From NCBI RefSeq assembly GCF_019464535.1, contig NZ_CP080507.1:300001-332000 (forward strand): a stretch of 32,000 bases of DNA. The letters are read 5' to 3'. Position 1 is the stretch's first letter; every line of letters starts with the position of its first letter. Position numbers and translations under genes: made by a program. Below the pieces are notes generated by a model that worked only from the letters and a program-made list of their open reading frames with translations, made no database searches and was not told where the DNA came from. The DNA comes from Horticoccus luteus (GTDB taxonomy: Bacteria; Verrucomicrobiota; Verrucomicrobiia; Opitutales; Opitutaceae). Below, in pieces: positions 9,310-18,697 of the stretch.

Positions 9310-10604
9310 CTATTGATCGCAAAACGTTTCTGCGCGGACTCGGCGTCGGCGCCATCGGCACCTTCGCCGCGCCGGCTTTGCTGGCCGGCCACTCTTCGAA
9401 GGAGGCGTCGTCGACGGCGGTGAAGCTGCCGGCCTTCGATGCCAGCGGTCCGGAGCCGTTCTGGGCCGCAGTGCAGGCGAGTTACGTGATCGAACCGCCG
9501 CTCATGTATTTCAACACCGGCGGCCTCGGCCCCGCGCCGCGCCGGGTGCTGGATATCTTCACTCGCACGATGATGGCCCACCAGCGTGTTTCTGATACGG
9601 GTCACGATCTTTTCGACGGCGCCCGCGAAGAAGTGGCGAAGTTTTTCGCCGTGAAACCGGAGGAGGTTTGTTTCACGCGCAACGCCACCGAAGGCAACTC
9701 GATCGTCGCGGCCGGCCTGCGGCTGGCGAAGGGCGATGAAGTGATTTTCGAATCGCACGCGCATCCCGGCGGCTCGTTTCCGTGGGTCAATCAACAGCAG
9801 TTGAACGGGATCGTCGTGAAGCTGTTCGATCCTGATCCGGCGAGCCCGGAAGGAAATCTTGAGCGGATCAAGGCGTTGATCACGCCGCGCACCAAGGTGA
9901 TTCAAGTCAGCCACGTCACCGCCCCGACGGGGATCGTGTTTCCCGTGGCGGAGATCGCGAAACTGGCCCGCCAGCACGGCGCGTGGTTTCACATCGATGG
10001 CGCGCAGTCGGCGGGCATGTTTCCGTTCGGATTGCGCGACACCGGCTGCGATTCGTTCGCGACGAGCGGTCACAAATGGCTCGGTGGGCCGCACGAAACG
10101 GGGATCTTTTATGTGCGACATGAGCGGCAGGACACGCTCGCGCCGATCGAGGTGGGCGCGTATTCCGGCGAGCTGCCGTTTTTGCCGGGCACGTTGAAAT
10201 ACGTGGATTCGGCGGTGCGCTACGAATACGCGACCCGCAGCGCCGCGAGCATCGTCGCTCTCGCCGAGGCCTTGCGGTTTCAGGAGGAGATCGGGCGGGA
10301 ACGCATCGCCGCGCACGGGCGGGCGCTGGCGGAGCAGTTGCGGGCCGGCCTCGCGAAAATTCCCGATGTGGAAATTCTCACGCCCACGCGCCCCGAGATG
10401 CGCGGGTCAATCACCACCTTTCGCTCGTCCCGGCTACCCTACGATAAATTGTTCGGCGAGTTGTGGGGCAAATACCATTGCCGCTGCCGGCCGGTGAGCG
10501 AGCAGAAGCTCGACGCGTTGCGCGTGTCGACGCATTCGTTCAACTCGCCCGCGCAAGTCGATCATCTGCTCGAGGGCATCACCACGGTGTTGCGCAAGGC
10601 GTGA
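9306..10604 (+). CDS. Aminotransferase class V-fold PLP-dependent enzyme with a Tat-like signal peptide
   Basis: Start at MTIDRKTFLRGLGVGAIGTFAAPALLAGHS (an RK variant of the twin-arginine motif) overlaps the previous stop (ATGA 9306-9309). A PLP-lysine context, SGHKWLGGPHETG, is present, and the layout is class-V-like. Confidence 0.85.
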   Translation: MTIDRKTFLRGLGVGAIGTFAAPALLAGHSSKEASSTAVKLPAFDASGPEPFWAAVQASYVIEPPLMYFNTGGLGPAPRRVLDIFTRTMMAHQRVSDTGHDLFDGAREEVAKFFAVKPEEVCFTRNATEGNSIVAAGLRLAKGDEVIFESHAHPGGSFPWVNQQQLNGIVVKLFDPDPASPEGNLERIKALITPRTKVIQVSHVTAPTGIVFPVAEIAKLARQHGAWFHIDGAQSAGMFPFGLRDTGCDSFATSGHKWLGGPHETGIFYVRHERQDTLAPIEVGAYSGELPFLPGTLKYVDSAVRYEYATRSAASIVALAEALRFQEEIGRERIAAHGRALAEQLRAGLAKIPDVEILTPTRPEMRGSITTFRSSRLPYDKLFGELWGKYHCRCRPVSEQKLDALRVSTHSFNSPAQVDHLLEGITTVLRKA

Positions 10605-10663
10605 CGGCGTTGCGGCGCAGTCGAGTGCAGGCCACCCCCGCGGCTGCCGCCCGCCGGGTGCGT

Positions 10664-11191
10664 TCAGTCGGCGACTTCGACGAGCATCTCAACTTCGACC
10701 AGCGCGTTGCCGGGCAATGCCGCGACGCCGACCGAGGCGCGCGCATGCCGGCCGCGCTCGCCGAAGGCGGCGACGAGCAGATCGGAGGCGCCATTCACGA
10801 CCTTCGACTGGCCGGTGAAATCGTCGGTGCAATTCACAAAGCCGCCGACGCGGACCACGCGTTTCACGCGGGCGAGTTCGCCGATTTCCGTTTTCAACGC
10901 GCTGAGCAACTGCACCGCGCACACGCGCGCGGCCGCGGCCGCCTGGGCTTCGGTGGCGTCGCGACCGACTTTGCCGGTGATCAGGCCGCCGGCGGGATCG
11001 CGGGGGATTTGGCCCGCGAGAAACACCAGCGAGCCGGTGCGCACGGCGGGCACGTAGTTCGCGATGGCGGCGGGCGCGGTGGACAGCGTCACGCCTTGGG
11101 CGGAGAGGCGCTGCTCCGGCGTGGTCTCGGCCGCGTGCACGGCGGCGGCCCACATCACACTGCACAGGATCATGGCCAGGCGCTTTTTCAT
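10664..11191 (-). CDS. RidA/YjgF/UK114-family protein with signal peptide
   Basis: Start chosen at MKKRLAMILCSVMWAAAVHAAE (cat at 11189-11191), inside track ORF 10664..11266. RidA-like text: YVPAVRTGSLVFLAGQIP...RASVGVAALPGNALVEVEMLVEV. It is convergent with the PLP enzyme gene. Confidence 0.85.
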   Translation of the reverse strand: MKKRLAMILCSVMWAAAVHAAETTPEQRLSAQGVTLSTAPAAIANYVPAVRTGSLVFLAGQIPRDPAGGLITGKVGRDATEAQAAAAARVCAVQLLSALKTEIGELARVKRVVRVGGFVNCTDDFTGQSKVVNGASDLLVAAFGERGRHARASVGVAALPGNALVEVEMLVEVAD

Positions 11192-11252
11192 GTGGCGCGG
11201 ACTCAAAGCGCTCCTCCCGGCGGCGCGCAACGTTAGAAACCTTTTTACCCTT

Positions 11253-12290
11253 ATGCCTCTTCTCAAACCTGGTGTCCTGTTCGCTGTAGCGCTCGCCGTG
11301 GGGGCGAGTGCCGCGGCGGCGCCGCACGAGCTCTACGTCTGCGCGAGCGTGAACGACAATTACGTCATCGGCTCGACCTACGTGACCATGAGCGGACTCT
11401 TCCGGCGCGGCGGAGACGGCCAGTGGCAGCACGTCGGTTTCAACGACGTCGGCTTGATGGCGGTCTCGTTTGATCCGCGCGATCACCGCACGTTTTACAC
11501 GGCTACGTTGAACGGCTGCGTGCGGACGTTTGACGGCTACGACCACCTGCGGGTCACCACGGGGTGGGACGTCACGGAGCCGCGGGATGTGTGCGTGGAC
11601 CCGAATGCGCCGGACACCGTTTACCTCGCGTTGCCGGACGGCGTGGTCGTGACGACCAACAAAGGCGATACGTGGGAACGCCGCGAACACGGCCTGCCAA
11701 CGCGGGGGAAATACACGCAGACGATCGAGGTCGACCGCACACGGGCGGGGCGCGTCCTCGCGGGTTGCGAGAAGGGTATTTTTCTGACCGAGGATGCCGG
11801 CAAAAACTGGCGCCAGGTGTTGGCCACGGTCGACGCCGTCCTCGACGTGCAGCAATCGCCGCACGATCCCGCGCAATGGTTCGCGGTCTCGCAAAGCGCG
11901 GGTGCCTGGCGCTCGGCGGACGGCGGTGCGACGTGGGCGCAGGTGGGTGGCGTGCCCAAAGCGAAGGCGTTTTATAACGTGAGCTTCGACGCGACCAATC
12001 CGCAGCGGCTCGTGCTCGGCGGCTACACGTATGGTGTGCTGACGTCGGAAGATGGCGGGCGCACGTGGACGGAACGCAACGCGGGCCTCCCGGCCGGACA
12101 CCACGTGTGGCGCGTCGCAGTGGACCCGGATGACGGGCGGATTTACGCCGCCGTGCGCAGCGATTCAATTTACGTGTCCGCCGATTTTGGTCGCACGTGG
12201 AAAGCCGCCGGACTGCCCGGCTCGCAGGTGGCTGAATTTGTGTTTGTGCCCGCCGCGACGAATTCAACCCCCGCCCGCTCCTCGCGATGA
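11253..12290 (+). CDS. Secreted BNR/Asp-box repeat beta-propeller protein, paralog B2
   Basis: Start at MPLLKPGVLFAVALAVGASAAAA. Asp-boxes: TTNKGDTW, TEDAGKNW, SADGGATW, SEDGGRTW, SADFGRTW, plus one degenerate. It is collinear with B3 along its whole length. Confidence 0.85.
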   Translation: MPLLKPGVLFAVALAVGASAAAAPHELYVCASVNDNYVIGSTYVTMSGLFRRGGDGQWQHVGFNDVGLMAVSFDPRDHRTFYTATLNGCVRTFDGYDHLRVTTGWDVTEPRDVCVDPNAPDTVYLALPDGVVVTTNKGDTWERREHGLPTRGKYTQTIEVDRTRAGRVLAGCEKGIFLTEDAGKNWRQVLATVDAVLDVQQSPHDPAQWFAVSQSAGAWRSADGGATWAQVGGVPKAKAFYNVSFDATNPQRLVLGGYTYGVLTSEDGGRTWTERNAGLPAGHHVWRVAVDPDDGRIYAAVRSDSIYVSADFGRTWKAAGLPGSQVAEFVFVPAATNSTPARSSR

Positions 12291-14176
12291 AATCCGTCAC
12301 GTTTCTCACCGTTCTTTTCAGTTTGGCCACGGCACTGACCGCGGGGGCGCAGCCCTCTTTTTCCGGGCCGCCGCCCTCGCGCACTGTCGTGCACGACGCG
12401 AGCGTGCGCCGCGCGCAATACCTGCAACGCATCAACGAAGCCCTCGACTGGCGGATTGCGGCGATTGATCGCCAGAACGTCGCCGGGACCGTCGATCTCG
12501 CGGCCGTCAGCGCGTTGCTGGCGCGCCATCAGGACATCGAGTTGTGTAATCAACGCGTCATCGAATTGATGAAGACGCCCGGCAGCGGACCGTTCTGGAT
12601 GTTTCCGACGGTCTGCGTGTCCTTCCTCGGGCGCGATCAACTTTCCGCCGAGGCGAAAGCGGCCATCCGCACGGCGTGGAAATCTTTCCAGATTCGGGGC
12701 GACACCGAGAATCATTGGGCGATGTATTACACTTCGGTCTATCTCATGAGTGAGCTTTATCCGAACGATCCCGCCGAGTCGTGGTTCAACGGGAAAAGCT
12801 CCGCCGAGAATCGGGCGGAAGCGCGCGCTTATTTGATCAGTTGGATGGATCTCGCCACGACCGTCGGGCAGGGCGAATACAATCCCTCCCACTACATCGG
12901 AGAATACGCGATTCCGATGATGTTGATGGCGCGGTGGGCGCAGGATCCAGCCATGCGGCAGCGCGGTCATATGATGCTGGACTGGATTTTCGCGGGTCTC
13001 GCGGAGAGCACGCTGAACGGTGTGTTGCACGGGCCGAACTCGCGCACGGACGAAGGCTCGGTCGTCGAGCGGTGGAATGCGCTCGCATCGGTTTTTAGCT
13101 GGGTGCTTTTCGGCAACACGCCGCCGATCGCGGGCTACGGCGGGTGGGGCAACTATTTCATGGCGATTGCGGACAGCTATGAAGTGCCCGCGGTGATTTA
13201 TCTCATCGCCACCGATCGGTCGGCGCCGTTTCTGCAGCGCGACCTCGCCCGCAGCCGCCGGCGGTGGCGCTACAGCGCCGAGTTGTTCATGCCGGTGTAT
13301 AAAACCAATTACACGACGAAGCATTACGCCGTCGGCTCCTATCAAGGCGGCATTTCCGATCCGATTCAGACGCATGTGTGGGACGTGACGTGGGACGTCA
13401 CGGATCCGCGCGGCATTCACAACACGATGTTCTCGCTGCATCCGTTGGCGTCGAACCACGTCCTGCAGATGTATTTCTCGGAACTGCCCGACACGATGGC
13501 CCAAGACATCACGAAACAGGGCAAGCCTTCCTACACCCTGGCGGGGAAAATCGTCGGCTGTTCGCCCTACGAGCAGGTGTTTCAAGATCTCGATACGGTG
13601 GTCGCCCTCTACGATATCGCGCCGGGCGTCGAGTTTCCGCAGGTGAACGGGTTTTTCTCCAAGGACCTCATCAACGTGACCGAGGACCAGTCGGGGTGGA
13701 TTTTCGCCGAGGGGGGCGACACCTACCTCGCCTACCGGCCGCTCGCGCCTTACCATTGGGAAGCGTATCGGCACTTCGACGGTGGGTGGGCGGCGAAACA
13801 GGAGGAGATTGGCGGCCGGTTGCTCGTCAGCCCGCACCTGAAAAACGGCACGATCGTGCAGGCGGCGTCGGCGTTCGACTTCAAGGATTTCGAGGACTTC
13901 AAGAACGCGATCCGGCGTTTGCCCGTGGAGTTCAGCCTCAAGCCGAAGCCGGCGGTGAAGATGATGACCTTGCGCGGACATGACATCGTCGTGACCTATG
14001 GCGAAGCGCCGACGCGCGACGGGGAGAAGATCGATTACGCGAAGTGGAAGCTTTTCGAGGGTCCGTATCTCAACGCGGAGAAGAATTCGAAACGCCTCGT
14101 CATCACGCACGGCGCTTTGCAACGCGTGCTCGATTTCAACACCCTGACCATCGCCGACACCGTCACCCAACCCTGA
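12287..14176 (+). CDS. Secreted protein of unassigned family, paralog T2
   Basis: 629 aa with signal peptide MKSVTFLTVLFSLATALTAGA. It carries the same motif set as T1/T3. Its ATG overlaps the B2 stop (ATGA 12287-12290). Confidence 0.85.
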   Translation: MKSVTFLTVLFSLATALTAGAQPSFSGPPPSRTVVHDASVRRAQYLQRINEALDWRIAAIDRQNVAGTVDLAAVSALLARHQDIELCNQRVIELMKTPGSGPFWMFPTVCVSFLGRDQLSAEAKAAIRTAWKSFQIRGDTENHWAMYYTSVYLMSELYPNDPAESWFNGKSSAENRAEARAYLISWMDLATTVGQGEYNPSHYIGEYAIPMMLMARWAQDPAMRQRGHMMLDWIFAGLAESTLNGVLHGPNSRTDEGSVVERWNALASVFSWVLFGNTPPIAGYGGWGNYFMAIADSYEVPAVIYLIATDRSAPFLQRDLARSRRRWRYSAELFMPVYKTNYTTKHYAVGSYQGGISDPIQTHVWDVTWDVTDPRGIHNTMFSLHPLASNHVLQMYFSELPDTMAQDITKQGKPSYTLAGKIVGCSPYEQVFQDLDTVVALYDIAPGVEFPQVNGFFSKDLINVTEDQSGWIFAEGGDTYLAYRPLAPYHWEAYRHFDGGWAAKQEEIGGRLLVSPHLKNGTIVQAASAFDFKDFEDFKNAIRRLPVEFSLKPKPAVKMMTLRGHDIVVTYGEAPTRDGEKIDYAKWKLFEGPYLNAEKNSKRLVITHGALQRVLDFNTLTIADTVTQP

Positions 14177-14185
14177 ACTTACGTT

Positions 14186-15205
14186 ATGAAAACCAAACAC
14201 AAACTGCGCTGGCTGGCCGGCTGGGCGCTCTTGACGAGTGCCGCTCTCGCGGCGGCTCCGGCCTACGATTTCTACCTGTGCGCGTCCGTGAATAAAGGCT
14301 ACGTCACGGGCTCGAAGATCACGACCGTGAGCGGGCTGTTCCAGCGCGAGGCCGATGGCACGTGGCACCACATCGGCTACAACGACATGAGCATCGCCGC
14401 CGCGGCGTTTGATCCGCGCGATCACAACGTCATCTACACGGCCGCGCTCAACGGCTGCTGGCGCACGCTCGATGGCGGCAAGACCTGGCGGCAAACCAAC
14501 GACTGGACGATCACCGAGGGCCGCGACATCGCGGTCGATCCGCACGCGCCGGATCACGTTTATCTCGCGTTGCCCGACGGGGTCGCGGTTTCGCAGGACC
14601 GTGCGGAGACCTGGACGCGCCGCGAAAACGGATTGCCGGAACGCGGCAAATACACGCAGACGATCCGGGTCGATCGCAGCCAGGCCGGCCGCGTGCTGGC
14701 GGGTTGTGAGACGGGGATTTATCTGACGGAAAACGGCGCGGAATCCTGGCGGCGCGTGCTGCCCACGACCGATACCGTCGATGATATTCAGCAAAGCTAC
14801 CATGATCCCAAAACGTGGATCGCGGTCACCCAAAGCGCGGGCGCATGGATGTCGCACGACGGCGGCGCGACGTGGGCCAAACTCGACGGCGTGCCCTCCG
14901 AACACACGCTCTACAACGTGACCTTCGATCCGCGCAACCCGCAGCGGATCGCGCTGGGCGGCTGGGACGCCGGCGTGCTGACGTCGGAAGACGGCGGGAA
15001 AACCTGGGCGAATCGCACGGCCGGATTACCCGCTCCGCACCACGTCTGGCGCGTCGGGATCGATCCTGACAACGGGCTGCTTTACGCCAGCCTGACGAAG
15101 CAGACGCTCTTCACTTCCGCCGACTTCGGTCGCACGTGGAAAGCGGGACCGTTCGAAGACTCGGCCATCAACAACTTCATCAGCCTGCCCCGGGCAGAGA
15201 AATAA
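14186..15205 (+). CDS. Secreted BNR/Asp-box repeat beta-propeller protein, paralog B3
   Basis: 339 aa with a signal peptide. Asp-boxes: TLDGGKTW, SQDRAETW, TENGAESW, SHDGGATW, SEDGGKTW, SADFGRTW. Confidence 0.85.
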   Translation: MKTKHKLRWLAGWALLTSAALAAAPAYDFYLCASVNKGYVTGSKITTVSGLFQREADGTWHHIGYNDMSIAAAAFDPRDHNVIYTAALNGCWRTLDGGKTWRQTNDWTITEGRDIAVDPHAPDHVYLALPDGVAVSQDRAETWTRRENGLPERGKYTQTIRVDRSQAGRVLAGCETGIYLTENGAESWRRVLPTTDTVDDIQQSYHDPKTWIAVTQSAGAWMSHDGGATWAKLDGVPSEHTLYNVTFDPRNPQRIALGGWDAGVLTSEDGGKTWANRTAGLPAPHHVWRVGIDPDNGLLYASLTKQTLFTSADFGRTWKAGPFEDSAINNFISLPRAEK

Positions 15206-15222
15206 TCGGGAGAGCCATCAAC

Positions 15223-17106
15223 GTGAAAATTACCATCCCCGTCCTGTGTGCCTTGTTCGCGGCCTCGCTGTTGCCGGCGACTGGCCAACCCTCCTTTGAA
15301 GGTCCGATGCCGGACCGCCACGTGGTCACCGATGCCAACGTGCGGCGGCAGGACTACAACCGCCGGGCGGACGAAGTTGTGAACTGGTATGCGGCCCAAG
15401 CGAAGCCGGGCCAAGACCTCGGCGTCGGCCAGATTCTGGCCAAACTCGTGCGCCATGAGGACGAACCGCAGGTCTCCCAAAGTGTGATCGCCCTGATGAA
15501 GGATCCCGGCACGGGACCGTTCTGGATGTTTCCGGTCGTGGGCATTTCGATGCTGGGACAAGACCAGCTTTCCCCGGCCGCGAAGAAGGCGATTCGCGAC
15601 ATGTGGCGCACCACTTACCAAGTGCGCGGCGACACCGAGAATCACTGGTTGATGTATTACACGTCGCTTTACCTGATCGCCGAACAGAATCCCAACGAGC
15701 CGGCCAACACCTGGTATACGGGCAAAAGCTCGGCGGAGAATCTCGCGGAGGCGCGCAGTTATCTGATCAGTTGGATGGATCTCACGACCACGGTGGGGCA
15801 GGGCGAATTCACGCCGACCGGCTACATCGCGGAATATTCCATTCCCCTTTTGTATCTGGCGACGTGGGCCAAGGACCCCGCGATGCGCCAACGCGGGCAG
15901 ATGATGCTCGACTGGCTGTATGCGGAGCTCGCGGAGAACACGCTCAACGGCGTGTTGCACGGGCCGAATTCCCGCACTGATGAACGCGAAGTGGTGGAGC
16001 GCGGCAATACCGCGGCGTCGTTTTACTGCTGGCTGCTTTTCGGCAACACGGTGCCGCCGCAGGCTTACGGCGGGTTTGGCATCTACTTCGCCGTGGCCGC
16101 GAAAAACTATCACGTGCCCGACGTGATCTACCACATCGCGGTGGAGCGGGATCGCGACTACACGCAACACGACCTGAAGCGCACGCGGCGCCGCTGGCGT
16201 TACAGCGATCAGCTCTCGCCCCCGGTTTACCGGACCAATTACACGCGCAAGGATTACGCGGTCGGCTCCATCCAAGGCGGCTTGATCGATCCGATCCAAA
16301 CGCACGTGTGGGATGTGACGTGGGACGTGCCGGACCCGCGCGGGGTGCACAACACGATCTTTTCGCTGCAGCCGTATTCCGCCAACCGGTCGATGCAGAT
16401 GTATTTCTCGGCGTATCCCGAGCTGATGATCCCCAACCTCGCCGTCGAAGGAAAGCCGAGCTACGACCTGTCCACGAAAGTGATCGGCAGCTCGCCTTAC
16501 GAGCAGGTGTTTCAGGATCACGACACGGTCATTGCACTCTACAATATCGCGCCCGGCACGCGTTTCCCGCAGGTCAATGGATTCTTCTCGAAAGACCTGC
16601 AGAACGTCACCGAAGACAAGTCGGGCTGGATCTTCGCGCAAGGCGGCAAGACCTACCTGGCTTACCGTCCGCTCGCGGGCTACCATTGGGAGAAATATCA
16701 GCATCGCGACGGCGGTTGGGCGAAAGAGGTCAAGGACCTCGGCGACAAGCTCCTGATCAGCCCGCATCTGCAAAACGGCACGATCGTGCAGGCCGCGGAT
16801 GAATCGGAATTCAAAACGCTGGCCGAGTTCGCCGCCGCGATTCGCGCGCTCCCGCTGGAATTCAAGCTCGCGCCGGAGCCGACCGTGAAATTCACCACGC
16901 TCCGCGGCCACCAGATGGCGTTTACTTACGGCCAAACGCCCGTGCTCGACGGCAAGCCGGTGGATTACGCGGACTGGAAGCTCTTCCAGAGCCCTTATCT
17001 CAACGCCGAGAAGGGTTCGAAGCGGTTGACCATCACGCACGGCGAACTCGAACGCGTGCTCGATTTCAACACGCTGACGATCACGGATCGCGTGCGCGAA
17101 CCGTAA
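15223..17106 (+). CDS. Secreted protein of unassigned family, paralog T3
   Basis: GTG start chosen at VKITIPVLCALFAASLLPATG. This gives a signal peptide, lies after the B3 stop, and has a gggagag Shine-Dalgarno-like sequence about 9 nt upstream. It is in frame with track ORF 15136... It is very similar to T2 throughout. Confidence 0.8.
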   Translation: MKITIPVLCALFAASLLPATGQPSFEGPMPDRHVVTDANVRRQDYNRRADEVVNWYAAQAKPGQDLGVGQILAKLVRHEDEPQVSQSVIALMKDPGTGPFWMFPVVGISMLGQDQLSPAAKKAIRDMWRTTYQVRGDTENHWLMYYTSLYLIAEQNPNEPANTWYTGKSSAENLAEARSYLISWMDLTTTVGQGEFTPTGYIAEYSIPLLYLATWAKDPAMRQRGQMMLDWLYAELAENTLNGVLHGPNSRTDEREVVERGNTAASFYCWLLFGNTVPPQAYGGFGIYFAVAAKNYHVPDVIYHIAVERDRDYTQHDLKRTRRRWRYSDQLSPPVYRTNYTRKDYAVGSIQGGLIDPIQTHVWDVTWDVPDPRGVHNTIFSLQPYSANRSMQMYFSAYPELMIPNLAVEGKPSYDLSTKVIGSSPYEQVFQDHDTVIALYNIAPGTRFPQVNGFFSKDLQNVTEDKSGWIFAQGGKTYLAYRPLAGYHWEKYQHRDGGWAKEVKDLGDKLLISPHLQNGTIVQAADESEFKTLAEFAAAIRALPLEFKLAPEPTVKFTTLRGHQMAFTYGQTPVLDGKPVDYADWKLFQSPYLNAEKGSKRLTITHGELERVLDFNTLTITDRVREP

Positions 17107-17191
17107 GAATCGCCGCGTTGCCGCGCCGCCTGCCCGAGCAGGCTGGCGCGGCGCACCGGCTCCTGTATCGGTGCGTTTGCCCTTTCTTTCC

Positions 17192-18697
17192 ATGCCCCGC
17201 GCCAACCTCACGATTCGGGCGAATGAGCCCGGCCCCACGATCAGCCGCCATCTCTTCGGCCATTTCGCCGAGCATCTGGGGCGTTGCATTTACGACGGGC
17301 TATGGGTGGGCGAAAACGCCCGCGTGCCCCACGTGCGCGGCTGGCGCAGCGATCTGGTGGCGGCGCTGCGGCGCCTGCGCATTCCGAATCTCCGCTGGCC
17401 GGGCGGTTGCTTTGCGGACGACTACGCCTGGCGCGATGGCATTGGCCCGCGCGAGCGCCGGCCGCGGCGGATCAACGCGCACTGGGGCGGCGTGGTCGAC
17501 GACAACGCCGTGGGCACGCATGAGTTTCTCGATCTGTGCGCTCAGCTCGGTTGCGAGCCTTACGTGGCGGCCAATGTCGGCAGCGGTTCACCGCGCGAGA
17601 TGCGCGATTGGATCGAGTATTGCAACGCCCCGGCGGGCTCGCTCGCCGAGGAGCGCGCGGCGAACGGCCGGCGCGAACCGTGGAAGATCCGACTCTGGGG
17701 CATCGGCAACGAAAACTGGGGCTGCGGCGGCCACATGACGCCGGAATATTACGCCAACGAGTATCGCCGTTTCACCGGTTACGCGCGGGAATTTCCGGAC
17801 GCTCCGCTCTTTCGCGTCGCGTGCGGTCCGGCGGGCGACGACGTGCGGTGGACCGAGGTGATGATGCGCGACGCGTTGAAAGGGCCGTTTCACGCCGCGC
17901 CGATGTTTCAGGGCCTCTCGCTGCACTACTACACGATGCCGGGCACATGGGAGAACAAACACGCGGCCTCCCCGTTTGACGAAAATGGTTGGAAAAGCGT
18001 CATGGCGCTCGGGTGGAAAATGGACGCCATCGTGCGCGGCCATCGCGCCGTCATGGATCGCTACGATGCCGCGGGTGCAGTGGCGCTGGTGGTCGACGAG
18101 TGGGGTGCGTGGTTTGCGGCGGAGCCGGGCACGAATCCGGGTTTCCTTTATCAACAGCAGACAGTCCGCGACGCCGTCCTCGCAGCGCTCACGCTCAACG
18201 TTTTCATCAACCACTGTGAACGCGTGCGATTCGCGAACCTCGCGCAGATCGTGAACGTGCTGCAGGCGGTCGCGCTGACGGAGCCAGGCGGCGGCCGGCT
18301 CGTGCTGACGCCGACGTGGGATACGCTGGAGCTTTACTCCGCGCACCAGGATGCACGACGGCTCGCCGTGGACTGTGACGCCGCGTTCGCGTCGCACGAC
18401 GGTTTGGAGTTTCCCCACGTTTCGGCGACGGCCTCGGTCGCCGCCGACGAGTCGATTACGTTGACGGTGTGCAACACCGATCCCGCCGCCGCAGCGGACG
18501 TGACGCTCGCGCTGGCCGGACGGAACGTGAGCGTGCGTGAGGCGCGCGTGCTGGCGACGCCGGTGCTCACCACGTGCAACACCTTCGATCATCCCCGGGC
18601 CGTGACAGCGCGTCCGCTCGACGGGGTGAAAACCGATGCTGCCGGCGTGCATTTCACGCTGCCGCCGGGCGCCGTCGCCGCCCTTCGTTTTTCATGA
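17192..18697 (+). CDS. abfA: GH51 alpha-L-arabinofuranosidase
   Basis: GH51-typical text: FGHFAEHLGRCIYDGLWVG, LRWPGGCFADDYAWRDGIGP, WGIGNENWGCGG (acid/base Glu context). The start could be 17171 or 17192; no signal peptide either way. Confidence 0.85.
   Translation: MPRANLTIRANEPGPTISRHLFGHFAEHLGRCIYDGLWVGENARVPHVRGWRSDLVAALRRLRIPNLRWPGGCFADDYAWRDGIGPRERRPRRINAHWGGVVDDNAVGTHEFLDLCAQLGCEPYVAANVGSGSPREMRDWIEYCNAPAGSLAEERAANGRREPWKIRLWGIGNENWGCGGHMTPEYYANEYRRFTGYAREFPDAPLFRVACGPAGDDVRWTEVMMRDALKGPFHAAPMFQGLSLHYYTMPGTWENKHAASPFDENGWKSVMALGWKMDAIVRGHRAVMDRYDAAGAVALVVDEWGAWFAAEPGTNPGFLYQQQTVRDAVLAALTLNVFINHCERVRFANLAQIVNVLQAVALTEPGGGRLVLTPTWDTLELYSAHQDARRLAVDCDAAFASHDGLEFPHVSATASVAADESITLTVCNTDPAAAADVTLALAGRNVSVREARVLATPVLTTCNTFDHPRAVTARPLDGVKTDAAGVHFTLPPGAVAALRFS

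Larger units (their letters stand above)
11253..17106 (+). repeat. Tandem duplication of a two-gene B-T module (11253..14176 and 14186..17106), diverged at the DNA level
   Basis: B2/B3 and T2/T3 align end to end with similarity that is high by eye (not computed). T1-B1 at 2914..5855 is a more distant third copy. Confidence 0.8.

Noticed and set aside
17124-17148. GC-rich hairpin (GCCTGC-CCGA-GCAGGC with extensions) after T3, as a terminator.
   Set aside because: No U-tract follows, and GH51 starts ~45 nt later. Read-through within one operon is as likely.
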